Assembly: GCA_963921275.4 (NCBI GenBank)
Contig: OZ001293.3
Span: 5,024,001 to 5,088,000, forward strand
Direction: 5' to 3'
Source of the DNA: an uncultured Hormoscilla sp.
Lineage (GTDB): Bacteria > Cyanobacteriota > Cyanobacteriia > Cyanobacteriales > Desertifilaceae
Length of the DNA stretch: 64,000 nucleotides
The translations under genes were made by a program, and so were the position numbers. The number at the start of each line of letters is the position of its first letter. Positions within the stretch are counted from its first letter, which is position 1. The notes under the pieces are model-generated. The model had not been told where the DNA came from. It did no database searches and saw only the letters and a program-made list of their open reading frames with translations. Of the stretch, positions 1-11,362 are shown piece after piece.

Positions 1-240
1 CATGCTTGACAACATAAGGACTGGCGCTAGGAACATCCAAAAGCAGGTATTCTTTGGGGTTTTTGGACTTAGGGTTACCCCCCAGCCAAAGAGCAAATTT
101 CGCAACCGGTTACCCCAGAGGGTTTGCCACGACGGTTGGGGGTTGCTTCGTCCATAAAGTGAATGGTGTGTTGCAGTCGCTGACCCATTTTTATCCTTGC
201 CATCGGTCGAGTTGTCGGTGGGTCAACCCGGGTGCGACCT

Positions 241-255
241 ACCGTTCCGGAAAAA
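241..255 (-). mobile_element. 15-nt micro-insertion, variant E (TTTTTCCGGAACGGT)
   Basis: Exact second copy at 58577-58591. Both follow CCGA on the minus strand and contain a CCG-GAA-CGG mini-hairpin. Confidence 0.6.
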
Positions 256-475
256 TCGGTCGGTACATTCATCAAGGGATGGTAGGGGGCGTGAGTCAGC
301 AGGATCGAGGGTGATAGCGGGACTTTGAGATTTTCTCAGGCAAAAAACGGCTTCTTAGCTTACGGGGTGTGGATTTTACGTCGAAGGGGTGAATCGGCAG
401 CAAACCCGCTCGCCTGGGTCGAGCTCGACCAGCTCGACCCCACTGTGGCTCCAATACTTCAAGGGCATTTTATTT

Positions 476-713
476 GTCATTGCGAGGGGGGGGTACCGTG
501 GCGATTAACTTATGCTCAAGCGAGTTAACCCCCCCCGAAGCAATCCCCCTCGCCCTGTATGAGATGAAGATCATGCGCGGCGTCGTCGGTGAGATTGCTA
601 GCCCTCCTGGCGTCGGGCCGCTGCGAAGGCCGGGGGGATCATCGCTTGGAGCCCTAAAATGTCAGTTTTAATTTCCCCCTGGCTCCGGACAGATTGTTAA
701 CCGAGAAGTATTG
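476..713. repeat. REP/MITE-like palindromic repeat (GTCATTGCGAG...GAAGCAATC...GAGATTGCT) carrying a variant-B micro-insertion
   Basis: Related inverted copy at ~24505-24795 and partial copy at ~26485-26600. Confidence 0.55.
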
Positions 714-761
714 ACTGTGGCTCTGTGAAAGGGTTTGATGCCATTTTACGCCTATTTTTTC

Positions 762-1844
762 TCAAAGTCCCAATAGACTGATCCATGAGGTGATACGACT
801 CTTCCGTTCCTCTTCACGACTCATCCGTGAGCGATACGACTCATCCGTGAGCGAGTACAACTCTTCCGTTTCTATGAGCATTCTGGGTGGAGCAGTCGGA
901 GATATTACTGGTGTTCCGGACTGTAGATGGCTTCTCGCTCTGACCCTATATGGATATGACTCCGGTAGATGTAGACGTGGTGCCGCGGTGATATCAGGCT
1001 GGGCAATTTTTGCCAACTAAGTTTTAACCGTTTTCTTGCTTCACTTTCCACTCTTTCAATTGGAAAGCGAAGATTTCGGACATCGTCATCCCATAATACT
1101 TCCGGAGCCAGATATTCTAACACCCCCAAGGAGTCTAGCAATTCGATGCGCTTGGTTAATTTGACCTAGCTCTTGGGATCGCGCCCGTAGATATGTTGCT
1201 TCATCCGGTCTTCGATCAGTGACATTGTACCAGTCTGTTGGGATAACTGAAAATAATCACTGTCAATCAGTTCCGCACTGCGATCGCGCAATTCCTGAAG
1301 CAAAGTATCTACTTCGGTATCTGACCTCCCCTGCCATGCTAATATTGCTTTCAGTTTGGCGACTGTTCTCAGATATGCCTCTGTATTGCGATAGGGTTCA
1401 ATCCCCTTAATGAAATCATAGCTTAAACCTGCCTCGTTAAACAAGAACAAAAAGCTGATTTTCCGATTAAAGAAGTCTAACTGACTCTGCCATCCTTGGA
1501 CTGCTAAATACTCCCGACTCCCAAAAATCTGTACAGCAAGTTTAGCCTCTTCTGTGCCAACCTGCTGAGCGAACTTTTACCTGATTGTTGCTAAACTTGC
1601 TGTCTGTCACTTCAAATGGAGGATCCTCGAACAATATCTCGATGCTTTTTTGGTGCAACTCCTGTAGTAATACTTCCACTTCTGGCAGTTGTAAGCCACC
1701 TTTTTTTAACTCCTGTTCTAGGGTCTCTACTGTTTTCACATAGTCCTTTTGGCGAGTCTGACGCGATCGAGTCCAGTAGCTCTGGGCCTGCAGATAAACT
1801 GGACGGGCTTTCACATAAGTGATGTCAAACACCACTAAGCCCAC
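762..1844 (-). pseudogene. Fragmented gene(s) of unknown function
   Basis: Consecutive short minus-strand ORFs with an internal repeat (EVEVLLQELHQKSIE / EVDTLLQELRDRSAE). No family recognised. Confidence 0.3.
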
Positions 1845-1920
1845 ATTGTTCTACTTCATACACCAGGTATTCTGCAAAGCTAATGCTCTTGGGCAAATTC
1901 TCAACGGTCGAATGTACCAT
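1845..1920 (-). pseudogene. 5' remnant of a third Uma2-family paralog
   Basis: MVHSTVENLPKSISFAEYLVYEVE and its upstream DNA match the starts of the genes at 2887 and 3874. Confidence 0.7.
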
Positions 1921-2095
1921 ATCTTTTTTCCCTCTTTTCTTCGATCTGATTATAACATATTAATTCAGGTGGCAGAGCTTCTATATTCTCGCGGGCGAAT
2001 TTCTGTCCCAGGCAGAACCTGGAAACGAGGCTTTGCGCTCTTACCAGTGCCCGATCGCCAGGGAAGCGATCGCCTGTCCAAGGGGACGCAAGACA

Positions 2096-2887
2096 TCAGT
2101 TAATTGTATCAGGATTTATCCCCAGGGCCCGTAACCGTTGAGCTAATTGTTCGGCACGTTGACGTTCGGCATTCCTTTGCTGTTCAATTTGTTGTCGCAG
2201 TTCTTGTTCGGCCTCAGCACGTTCACTTTCCCCCTCAGCACGTTGATTTGCTGCCTCAGCACGTTGACGTTCCTCCTCAGCACGTTGATGTTCCTCATCA
2301 GCACGCTGTTCCAGTTGTTGTCGCAGTTCTTGTTCTTCTTGGAACAACTCTTCTACAACGGGTGGAGATAGTACTTGATTTACAGGTAAAGTAAATCCTG
2401 GAAACTGTACAGATTGGACATCATCTCCTGGTAAAAAATCCCTCACGGAATAAATTTCTTCACCTGAAAATTTACTACACAGCCTGATCCTAGACTGGTT
2501 CGGGTCTACTATCCAATACTCAGGAATATTAATCCTATCGTATTCTGCCCTTTTGTTGAAGTAGTCCTGACGCCAATTTTGACTGGTCACTTCTACCACT
2601 TTCCAGAGACTGTGAGTACAAACCACTACATCTGGAATTCTCGATGTCTTCTCTTCTGTTCTTACTCCCGTAAAGGCTTTTGCTATTAATCTCATTTTTT
2701 GAGAGCTAAAGTAGCGACGAAACTGATCGCTTAAAAATTCACAAATATTGGTGTGTAAACCTGTTGTTGCCATTTCGATCAACTGACCGCGATAAAGTTC
2801 GTATCTTACACCATGTTCTACTTCATAAACCAGGTATTCTGCAAAGCTAAGGGTCTTGGGCGAACTTTCAACGGTCGAATCTACCAT
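2096..2887 (-). CDS. Uma2-family (DUF820) putative endonuclease with coiled-coil tail; carries an in-frame 19-aa deletion
   Basis: RIPDVVV, VVEVTS and IPEYWIVDP motifs; QRAEEER heptads. Lacks KVCARKGAAVLDFDEKPLL, which is present in the adjacent paralog. Confidence 0.8.
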   Translation of the reverse strand: MVDSTVESSPKTLSFAEYLVYEVEHGVRYELYRGQLIEMATTGLHTNICEFLSDQFRRYFSSQKMRLIAKAFTGVRTEEKTSRIPDVVVCTHSLWKVVEVTSQNWRQDYFNKRAEYDRINIPEYWIVDPNQSRIRLCSKFSGEEIYSVRDFLPGDDVQSVQFPGFTLPVNQVLSPPVVEELFQEEQELRQQLEQRADEEHQRAEEERQRAEAANQRAEGESERAEAEQELRQQIEQQRNAERQRAEQLAQRLRALGINPDTIN

Positions 2888-3065
2888 ATCTTTTTCCATC
2901 TTTTCTGCGATCTGATTATAACATATTAATTCAGGTGGCAGAGCTTCAATATTCTCGCGATCGGGCAAATTTTATTTCCAGATTCTGCCTGGAAACGAGG
3001 CGTTGCGCTAGAGACAGATCCTGATCGCGAGGCAAGCGATCGCCGGTCCCAGGGGAGGCAAGACA

Positions 3066-3874
3066 TCAGTTAATTGTATCAGGATCTATCCCCAGGGCCT
3101 GTAACCATTGCGCTAATTGTTCTGCACGTTGACGTTCGGCATCAGCACGTTGACGTTCGGCATTCATTTGCTGTTCGAGTTGTTGTCGCAGTGCTTGTTC
3201 GGCATCAGCACGTTGACGTTCGGCATCAGCACGTTGTTCGAGTTGTTGTCGCAGTTCTTGTTCCTCTCGGATCAACTCTTCTACAACCGGTGGAGATAGC
3301 ACTTGATTTACAGGTAAAGTCAATCCCGAAAACTGTACAGATTGAACATTATCTCCTGGTAAAAAATCCCTCACTGAGTAATTTTCTTCACCTAAAAATT
3401 TACTACACAGCCGAATCCTAGACTGTTCTGGGTCTACGATCCAATACTCGGGAATATCAATTTGATCGTATTCTGCCCGTTTGCTGGTGTAGTCCTGACG
3501 CCAATTTTGACTGGTTACTTCTACCACCAAGAGCGGTTTTTCATCAAAGTCTAGCACTGCTGCGCCTTTTCGAGCACAAACTTTTTTCCAGAGACTCTGA
3601 GTACAAACAACTACATCGGGAATTCTCGATGTATTCTCTTCTGTTCTTACTCCAGTAAAGTATTTTGCTACTAAGTTCAGGTTTTGAGACCCAAAGTAGC
3701 GACGAAACTGCTCCGTTAAAAATTCACAAATATTGGTGTGTAAACCTGTCGTTGTGGCATTTCGATCAACTGACCGCGATAAAGTTCGTACCGAACACCC
3801 GGTTCTCCTTCATAAACCAAGTATTCTGCAAAGCTAAGGGTCTTGGAAGAAATCTCAACTGGAGACTGTACCAT
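3066..3874 (-). pseudogene. Uma2-family paralog, frameshifted near 3750
   Basis: Tandem duplicate of 2096-2887. The ATG at 3874 is out of frame with the C-terminal ORF 3066-3557. Confidence 0.8.
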
Positions 3875-4144
3875 ATCTTTTTCCCTCTTTTCTCTAATTT
3901 GATTATAACATAGTAATTCATGTGTTAGAGCCCTGGGAGGGGCGACATTCTCCTGACTAGGCTTTGCCTCTAGATTCTCGTGACTAGGCTCTGCCTGGTC
4001 ACGGATTTTGGGAGGCAGAGCCTCCAGGCTTAACTAGAGGCTCTGCCTGGTGTAATTTCATTCCCAGGCAGAGCCTGGGAACGAGGAAAGAGCCTGGGAA
4101 CGAGGGAAATCACGCCTGTCCAGTGATACTTGAGCGGGCTACAA

Positions 4145-5782
<1,638 letters not shown>

Positions 5783-5940
5783 TTAGCAGTAAAGCAAAAA
5801 TCTGACGTCCAGCATTTCCTGGCCGATCGCCTGGAAATGCTAACTGCCTAGGATTATCTTACCTGCACGACTCAACGTCCAGCAACGTGATTTCGTAGTT
5901 CTGACATCTTGCACCATTCTCGATTAGCCTCATGGCCCGC

Positions 5941-6027
5941 CTTCGGTGTATCGTGGTCGCTCGATGTCTCCGGGAGCGCGCACTACCCGGGGGACATTGT
6001 ACTCGCACTACCCACGATACACCGAGG
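5941..6027. repeat. Nested GCACTACCC hairpin repeat (two levels)
   Basis: Outer arms CTTCGGTGTATCGTGG / CCACGATACACCGAGG enclose an inner CGATGTCTCCGGG...CCCGGGGGACATTG hairpin. Both levels have GCACTACCC before the right arm. Confidence 0.7.
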
Positions 6028-6373
6028 GTTCAAACCCACGGCTAATAGCTAAAGTCGGTTGAAAACCGACTGAAAGCCTTGTGGATAAAGTGTTTTTTAC
6101 CCTCGTTCCCCGGCGGAGCCAGGGAACGAGCGACCCGAGGCAGAGCCTCTAGTTGAGAATGGTGCAAGATATGAGTAGTTCGTAGTTCTCCGTTAGGATA
6201 CTTCTGACTCCATCATGCGGGTTTGAGGCTTTTCGATCGACAAGACCTTAATCTCAGGAGAGAGTAACTGTCGAACTGACGTCCAGCAAGTTGGCTCCCG
6301 GTTGCGTACAGACCAGAAACCGGGTTGGGAGCGGAGATTTTCGCCTTCCCACCGAGCTCGTCAAAGAAACCCG

Positions 6374-6535
6374 GGCGTTGCACAATCACGGGATGATGAG
6401 CATAGTTGCAAAAGTTTTAAACTTAGGCGTTGCACAATCACGGGATGATGAGCATAGTTGCAGAAGTTTTAAACTTAGACTACAAGCTATTTTCAGTTAT
6501 GTGCAAAAAATAGTATCATCCCCAAAATGTGCAAC
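6374..6535. mobile_element. ~110-bp MITE with a 52-bp duplicated left end
   Basis: GGCGTTGCACA...GGGATGAT / ATCATCCC...TGTGCAAC inverted ends; related copy at 7328-7441. Confidence 0.65.
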
Positions 6536-6971
6536 AATTATTGGTTTGTATCATCCTCAACACGAGCAAGGCCGGGTTTTTATGGAAGTGTTTTTCAAGT
6601 AAGTTTTTGAGTGAGGGGAACGCTGCGCGAAAAATAGAACTGTGCGGCTGACAACGGTCGCTCCTTTTTTCGCTTTTATCACATGAGTGATATAGTCCCC
6701 AAGATGGCGAAAGTAGTTCTTCCTACCATTAGCTAATCGAGTTCGATATGGGTAAATAATGCTTTAAATTATTACATGAAAAGGGTTTGAGCGAATCGGC
6801 AGCCACGGAAACTTACCAGCAGCAGTGGAAGTCACCTGCTGCATATGCTTGTGGCCCCGAAGACAAACCTGCTTGGTGGAGAATGGGTATGCTTTTCTCA
6901 CATGAATTAAGCAACATTTTCCTGGTTAAACTCACGTGAATGATATTTTGCGGCCACATATATCTAGATTA

Positions 6972-7290
6972 AAGTCACATTGATTGAGAAAATAGTCACA
7001 TGACTCTATGACAAAGTCACATGAAGTGAGAGCTTTTTCACGTGACTCTATGGCAAAGTTGCGTTACTCTATGGCAAAGTAACGCAACTTAAACGCAGAG
7101 TTGCGCAACTTTATTGCAGAGTCATGCAATTTAAACGCAGAGTTGCGCAACTCTATTGCAGAGTTACGCAACTTAAACGCAGAGTCACGCAACTTAAACG
7201 CAGAATCACGCAACTTAAACGCAGAGTCACGCAACTTAAACGCAGAGTCACGTTACTTAATATACTGGTCATGTGACTTTTACGCAGATG
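6972..7290 (+). repeat. Degenerate 21-nt tandem array (GCAGAGTCACGCAACTTAAAC; AESRNLN heptads)
   Basis: 21-nt period is directly visible; in-frame stops occur in the 5' part. Confidence 0.75.
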
Positions 7291-7327
7291 ATCCGATAAC
7301 AGTTGCTCAAAACCTCATGTAAGGGTT

Positions 7328-7441
7328 GGTGTTGCACTTCGGACGGGATGATGAGCATCGTTGCAGAAGTTTTAAACGTAGACTACAAGCCACTTTCAGT
7401 TATATGCCAAAAATGGCATCATCCCCAAAATGTGCAACGCC
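7328..7441. mobile_element. MITE copy, followed by an IS1-family transposase fragment (7442-7510)
   Basis: TIRs GGTGTTGCAC / GTGCAACGCC. The downstream KKIWIWTVVDHFQPGILGWVVGD resembles IS1 InsB. Confidence 0.6.
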
Positions 7442-7550
7442 AAAAAAGATTTGGATCTGGACGGTCGTTGACCACTTTCAACCTGGTATTCTCGGATGGG
7501 TAGTGGGAGACCAGTTACAGCATTAGCCCTAAATCGGGAAAGAGTTATTC

Positions 7551-7673
7551 CTATCCGTGAGGCAGACAAAGCATTAGGGCGGCATCCACCACTAGGCGAT
7601 TTAATTCAGTCCGACAATTGACAATCAGGTACGATATCGCCGTGACTATATTTGTATCGAGCAGGTAACTCAT
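7551..7673 (-). pseudogene. Truncated PIN/VapC toxin
   Basis: MSYLLDTNIVTAI is a typical PIN N-terminus; stop after 40 codons. Confidence 0.6.
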
Positions 7674-7681
7674 GTTGCCAA

Positions 7682-7975
7682 CTATCTCCCTTCTACTGCT
7701 GCCTCGAAGATTTCCATTTGCTCTGGCGTGAGCAGGTTTAATGTTCCAGAAACAGCCTCTATCACCATTATTCTATCCACCCTTACTGTCAGTTCGTCAT
7801 GGTCTAGATAGAGCAGTTTTTCTGGAGAAACCCGTTCTAACAGATTTGAGAAAACTTGCATTATTTCGTCTTTGTCTAATCGCTCCCGGAATAGATACTC
7901 CCTTTGCATCAACTTATCCACTATCTCCGAAATTCGGCTTATGACTGTATCCTTGGTCGTAGAAAATTGGGTCAT
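7682..7975 (-). CDS. Hypothetical protein, probable antitoxin of the adjacent PIN remnant
   Basis: 97 aa, AGAGG RBS, close paralog at 9652-9945; both copies precede a DTNIV remnant. Confidence 0.6.
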   Translation of the reverse strand: MTQFSTTKDTVISRISEIVDKLMQREYLFRERLDKDEIMQVFSNLLERVSPEKLLYLDHDELTVRVDRIMVIEAVSGTLNLLTPEQMEIFEAAVEGR

Positions 7976-8304
7976 AATTTCCTCTTTGTCAAGTTGACAC
8001 TAAAAATTTTCTCGTTCCCTGACTCCGGCAGGGAACGCCCCTCTTGAGGCTCTGCCTCCTGAGAATAAAGGGAGGCGGGAGCCTCCCTATACCCGTTCCC
8101 AGCGAGGACGCGCTCGATCGACGATACATGACCGTGTAGATATCGCCTCCGAGGCTTTTGTCCGATCGGCGTTGGCAATAAAAGCTGCTGCTGCGACTGA
8201 CTAGGAGTCCGCCATTAAAGAAATAGTAAACTCCAGCCCCAGCTATTGCCAGCAAAGCAATTACCGTTGCAACGACAACTGAGTTGAGTCCGTTTCTTGA
8301 GCTT

Positions 8305-9199
8305 GTTAAACTAAGCCAGGGTGTTGCCACCCCGTCTCGTCTTCAGAACCGGACGATCTGCTTTTCATCTCATCCGGCTCCTCAGTAATGCCATCCCTGT
8401 CATGGATACGGCGACTACCATCGCTGGCAGTTTTTTTTTACATCGTAGCAGTTGTCGCCACGTTGTGCCGCTCTGTAAATTCTCAGAAGCAAAAGACTTT
8501 CCTTTCCAGCTTTCGCCAGGGGGGGTTGTCCTCCATTCATTCATCGGTTTGATTACCGTGCTCATAAGGTTTTTACTGCTACTTACAACTTCACATTTGA
8601 CATTACCGTGGTCGGCTTATCCTGTCCATTACAGATAGGCGTTTGCTTCTCCACGAAATCCTTCCTAATCATGACCTGCCTGATGAAGGCAGAGGTTGCG
8701 CCTTTGGTGGCTACTCTCTCTATCGACTCGATAGAGAGTACATGATCAGGTTACTTCGTTCCTACAGATGATTAGTTGTAGCTAAGGATGGATTCCTTAC
8801 GCCGAATTTGTTGTCGGTGCTTACTGGTCGGTGAGCAGAACCGCCAGCGACCTGTATCCTTTCCCTTTTGGGCCGTCAGCCTTATTTCACTGGTTTTATG
8901 TTACGACGCTGCAAATCTTTGCTTTATGCTCATCATGGCTACTTGCTTGGCTTCGATGCCTGAGGGATGCAAGGCAGGCAACCCCTCAGGCATCGGACCG
9001 GTGTAGGCTACCAGTCGCCTTTCATTCCCGCTTTACGGATTGATACCATCGCTACCGTCGGGAATGTGCTGTCACTCCTACACCTGGAGGGGTGGGCTTT
9101 CACCACCATCATCTGTAAGTTGTCAGGGTTTTGTGTTACCCTGCTAGCGGTCCCTTTTACCGGTTATCACCGGTGGAATTTACGCTAAACGAATCGCAC
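8305..9199 (-). mobile_element. Group II intron (IIB/CL-like) with an internally deleted IEP, 895 nt
   Basis: GTGCGATTCG start at 9199; D5/D6 and TTAGTTTAAC end at 8305. The first ~40 IEP codons are joined directly to the last codons. EBS1 loop CTGCTC versus 5' exon TAGCAG. Confidence 0.9.
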
Positions 9200-9311
9200 C
9201 TGCTACCCCTGCCAAAGTCAGGGAACGCATTTTTGAGGCAAAGCCTCCAGCCCTTGACAATTATGGCATATTGAGTATACTAAAGTTCGTACTTGTTCCT
9301 AGAAGATAGCG

Positions 9312-9584
9312 ATGAATATTTTGCTGACACCAGAACTAGAGCAATTTGTCAATGAACGGGTAGAAAAGGGTGAATATCAAGATGCGCTGTCGGTTATTAG
9401 TGCCAGGTTGCGGCTGTTGTCAGAACGGGAACGCATCTATAAAGGACGCTTTGCTGAACTGAAACGGGATGTGATGATTGGAAAAGAACAGCTTGAACGT
9501 GGCGAGGTAATTGATGGAGAAGCTGTGTTTGATGAAATGGAAGAAGATATTTGGCTTCTAGAATCCGTTCGTAGGTTGGGTTGA
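9312..9584 (+). CDS. ParD-like ribbon-helix-helix antitoxin; no toxin partner seen
   Basis: MNILLTPELEQFVNERVEKGEY...GEVIDGEAVF pattern. Confidence 0.75.
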   Translation: MNILLTPELEQFVNERVEKGEYQDALSVISARLRLLSERERIYKGRFAELKRDVMIGKEQLERGEVIDGEAVFDEMEEDIWLLESVRRLG

Positions 9585-9651
9585 CGCCAGGAAACCCAAC
9601 AAAAATCCCATAGCCGTGACTATATTTGTATCGGGTAAATCATGTCGCAAA

Positions 9652-9945
9652 CTATCTCCCTTCTACTGCTGCATCGAAGATATCCATTTGCTCTGTCGTG
9701 AGCTGGTTTAATGTTCCAGAAACGGCCTCTATCACCATTATCCTATCCACCCTTGCTGTCAGTTCGTCATCCTCTAGATAGAGCAATTTGTCTGGAGAAA
9801 CCCGTTCTAACAGATTTGAGAAAACTTGCATTACTTCGTCTTTGTCTAATCGCTCCTGGAATAGATACTCGCTTTGCATCAACCTATCCACTATATCCGA
9901 GATCCGATTAATGACTGTATCTTTGGTCGTATAAATTTGGGTCAT
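9652..9945 (-). CDS. Paralog of 7682-7975
   Basis: Same length and high identity, with a GGAGG RBS. The longer N-terminus in the ORF track runs through repeat and intron DNA. Confidence 0.6.
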   Translation of the reverse strand: MTQIYTTKDTVINRISDIVDRLMQSEYLFQERLDKDEVMQVFSNLLERVSPDKLLYLEDDELTARVDRIMVIEAVSGTLNQLTTEQMDIFDAAVEGR

Positions 9946-10036
9946 AATGTCCTCCTTGTTCAGTAGGTTCGTAGGTGGGGTTGACGCCAGGAAACCCCAA
10001 CAAAGATCGCAGTAACACGGGTTGGGTTGAGGAACG

Positions 10037-10907
10037 GGATGGGGTCGAGCCGGGAATCGCTTCCCGACCCTCCCTTGAGGAACCGGACTTGCGATTTTCA
10101 CCGCATCCGGCTACTGGGTACTAGGCCCTTTTCATAGGTAGACTTAATAGGAATTACTTCCGTTAGCCCTTGCCGCCTGTCTTTTCTTCCCTTTCCTGGT
10201 TTAGCGAGTGGTTGTTCTGATAACCGTTAGTATCACCATTTTCAAGTCAGTTTTACCAGTTATCCATACCTTATCCTCCACTTGCGTTTCGGATTAGTTC
10301 CGTGGCTTTTTAGGATTACTCATTCCAGCAGCTTCCTAGTATCACCGACCCACGTCAGCGCTGGCTACCCAGCATCATCTACATTACTGTAGATGTTATC
10401 CCAGGAATTACCCCGGGCATTCGCTTCTTGGGCCATCCCTCCCCCCGTGGCTTGCGCTTAACATCTAACTTGTCCTGATGGACAGCACACGAGAGGTTAC
10501 TTCGTTCCCTAACAACATTTCGCGATACCTTTAGGTCCACACTATACCCCGGGAGCTATTTGAGTACTATATTAGCCAGAGTCTAAAACTAATACTAGCT
10601 ACCATTTCCTTTTTAGGCCAGCGCATATAGCCTTATTTCGCTGGTTCCTTATAACGAGGCTTGCACATGTTTGCCTGCTCTAACCTTGGATATCTTTCCT
10701 AGCGGCGTCACCGGCTTAGGCTGCCAGTTATCCTACATTTGAGTCCTCGCTTAGCACCACGATGATGTCGCTTCGTAGCACCGAGGACCGGTGTCACCCC
10801 CGTACCTGGGGGGAGGGGAATTTAACCCCCATGCGGTCAGAGTTCCCGGCTAATGAAACCGGGCTAGCGTTCCGTGTTTGACCACGTTAGGCTAGAACGA
10901 ATCGCAC
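10037..10907 (-). mobile_element. ORF-less group II intron, copy 1 (871 nt), inserted in a REP-like repeat
   Basis: GTGCGATTCGTT start; D5 TAGCCGGATGCGGTGAAAATCGCAAGTCCGGTT; D6. An empty-site allele is visible at ~11172-11200. Confidence 0.92.
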
Positions 10908-11203
10908 AAACCCAACCTACAGCCATTAGCCATTCGCAATTAGCAATTAGACCATTTTGTCAAAATGTGGTTACAATTTTTAACCATTATCCTATTAGTC
11001 GGTTTTAACCGACTTTAGCTATTAGCCGGGGGTTTGAACCCCCGGCGGGCTGACGGCGGGCTGACGGCAGGCTGACAGCGAAGTGAGTAAGTTCGGTTGA
11101 CGCCAGTTTTTAGTTCGTAGGTTGGGTTGACGCCAGGAAACCCAACAAAGATCGCAGTAACACGGGTTTGCTTGAGGAACGAAACCCAACCTACAGCCAT
11201 TAG

Positions 11204-11347
11204 CTAAAGTGCTTACTACAAACCTTCGGAAGCACTAAAGTGCTTACTACAAACCTTCGGAAGCACTAAAGTGCTTACTACAAACCTTCGGAAGCACTAA
11301 AGTGCTTACTACAAACTGCAAACAAAGGTTCGTAGTAAGCACTTTAG
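11204..11347. repeat. 31-nt tandem repeat (3.6 units) plus an inverted copy
   Basis: CTAAAGTGCTTACTACAAACCTTCGGAAGCA units start at 11204, 11235, 11266 and 11297. Related motifs occur at ~23030, ~23490 and ~51150. Confidence 0.8.
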
Positions 11348-11362
11348 TCCTTCTTAATAAGG

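Noticed and set aside
2096..3874. DGR template/variable repeat pair
   Set aside because: Differences between the paralogs are not adenine-specific and cover whole genes.
9946..10101. N-terminal extension of ORF 9652-10101, and similar ORFs at 49835-50059 and 40971-41162
   Set aside because: These read through intron D5/D6 or repeat DNA.
11204..11347. Possible CRISPR array
   Set aside because: Units are identical 31-mers with no unique spacers, and no cas genes are nearby.
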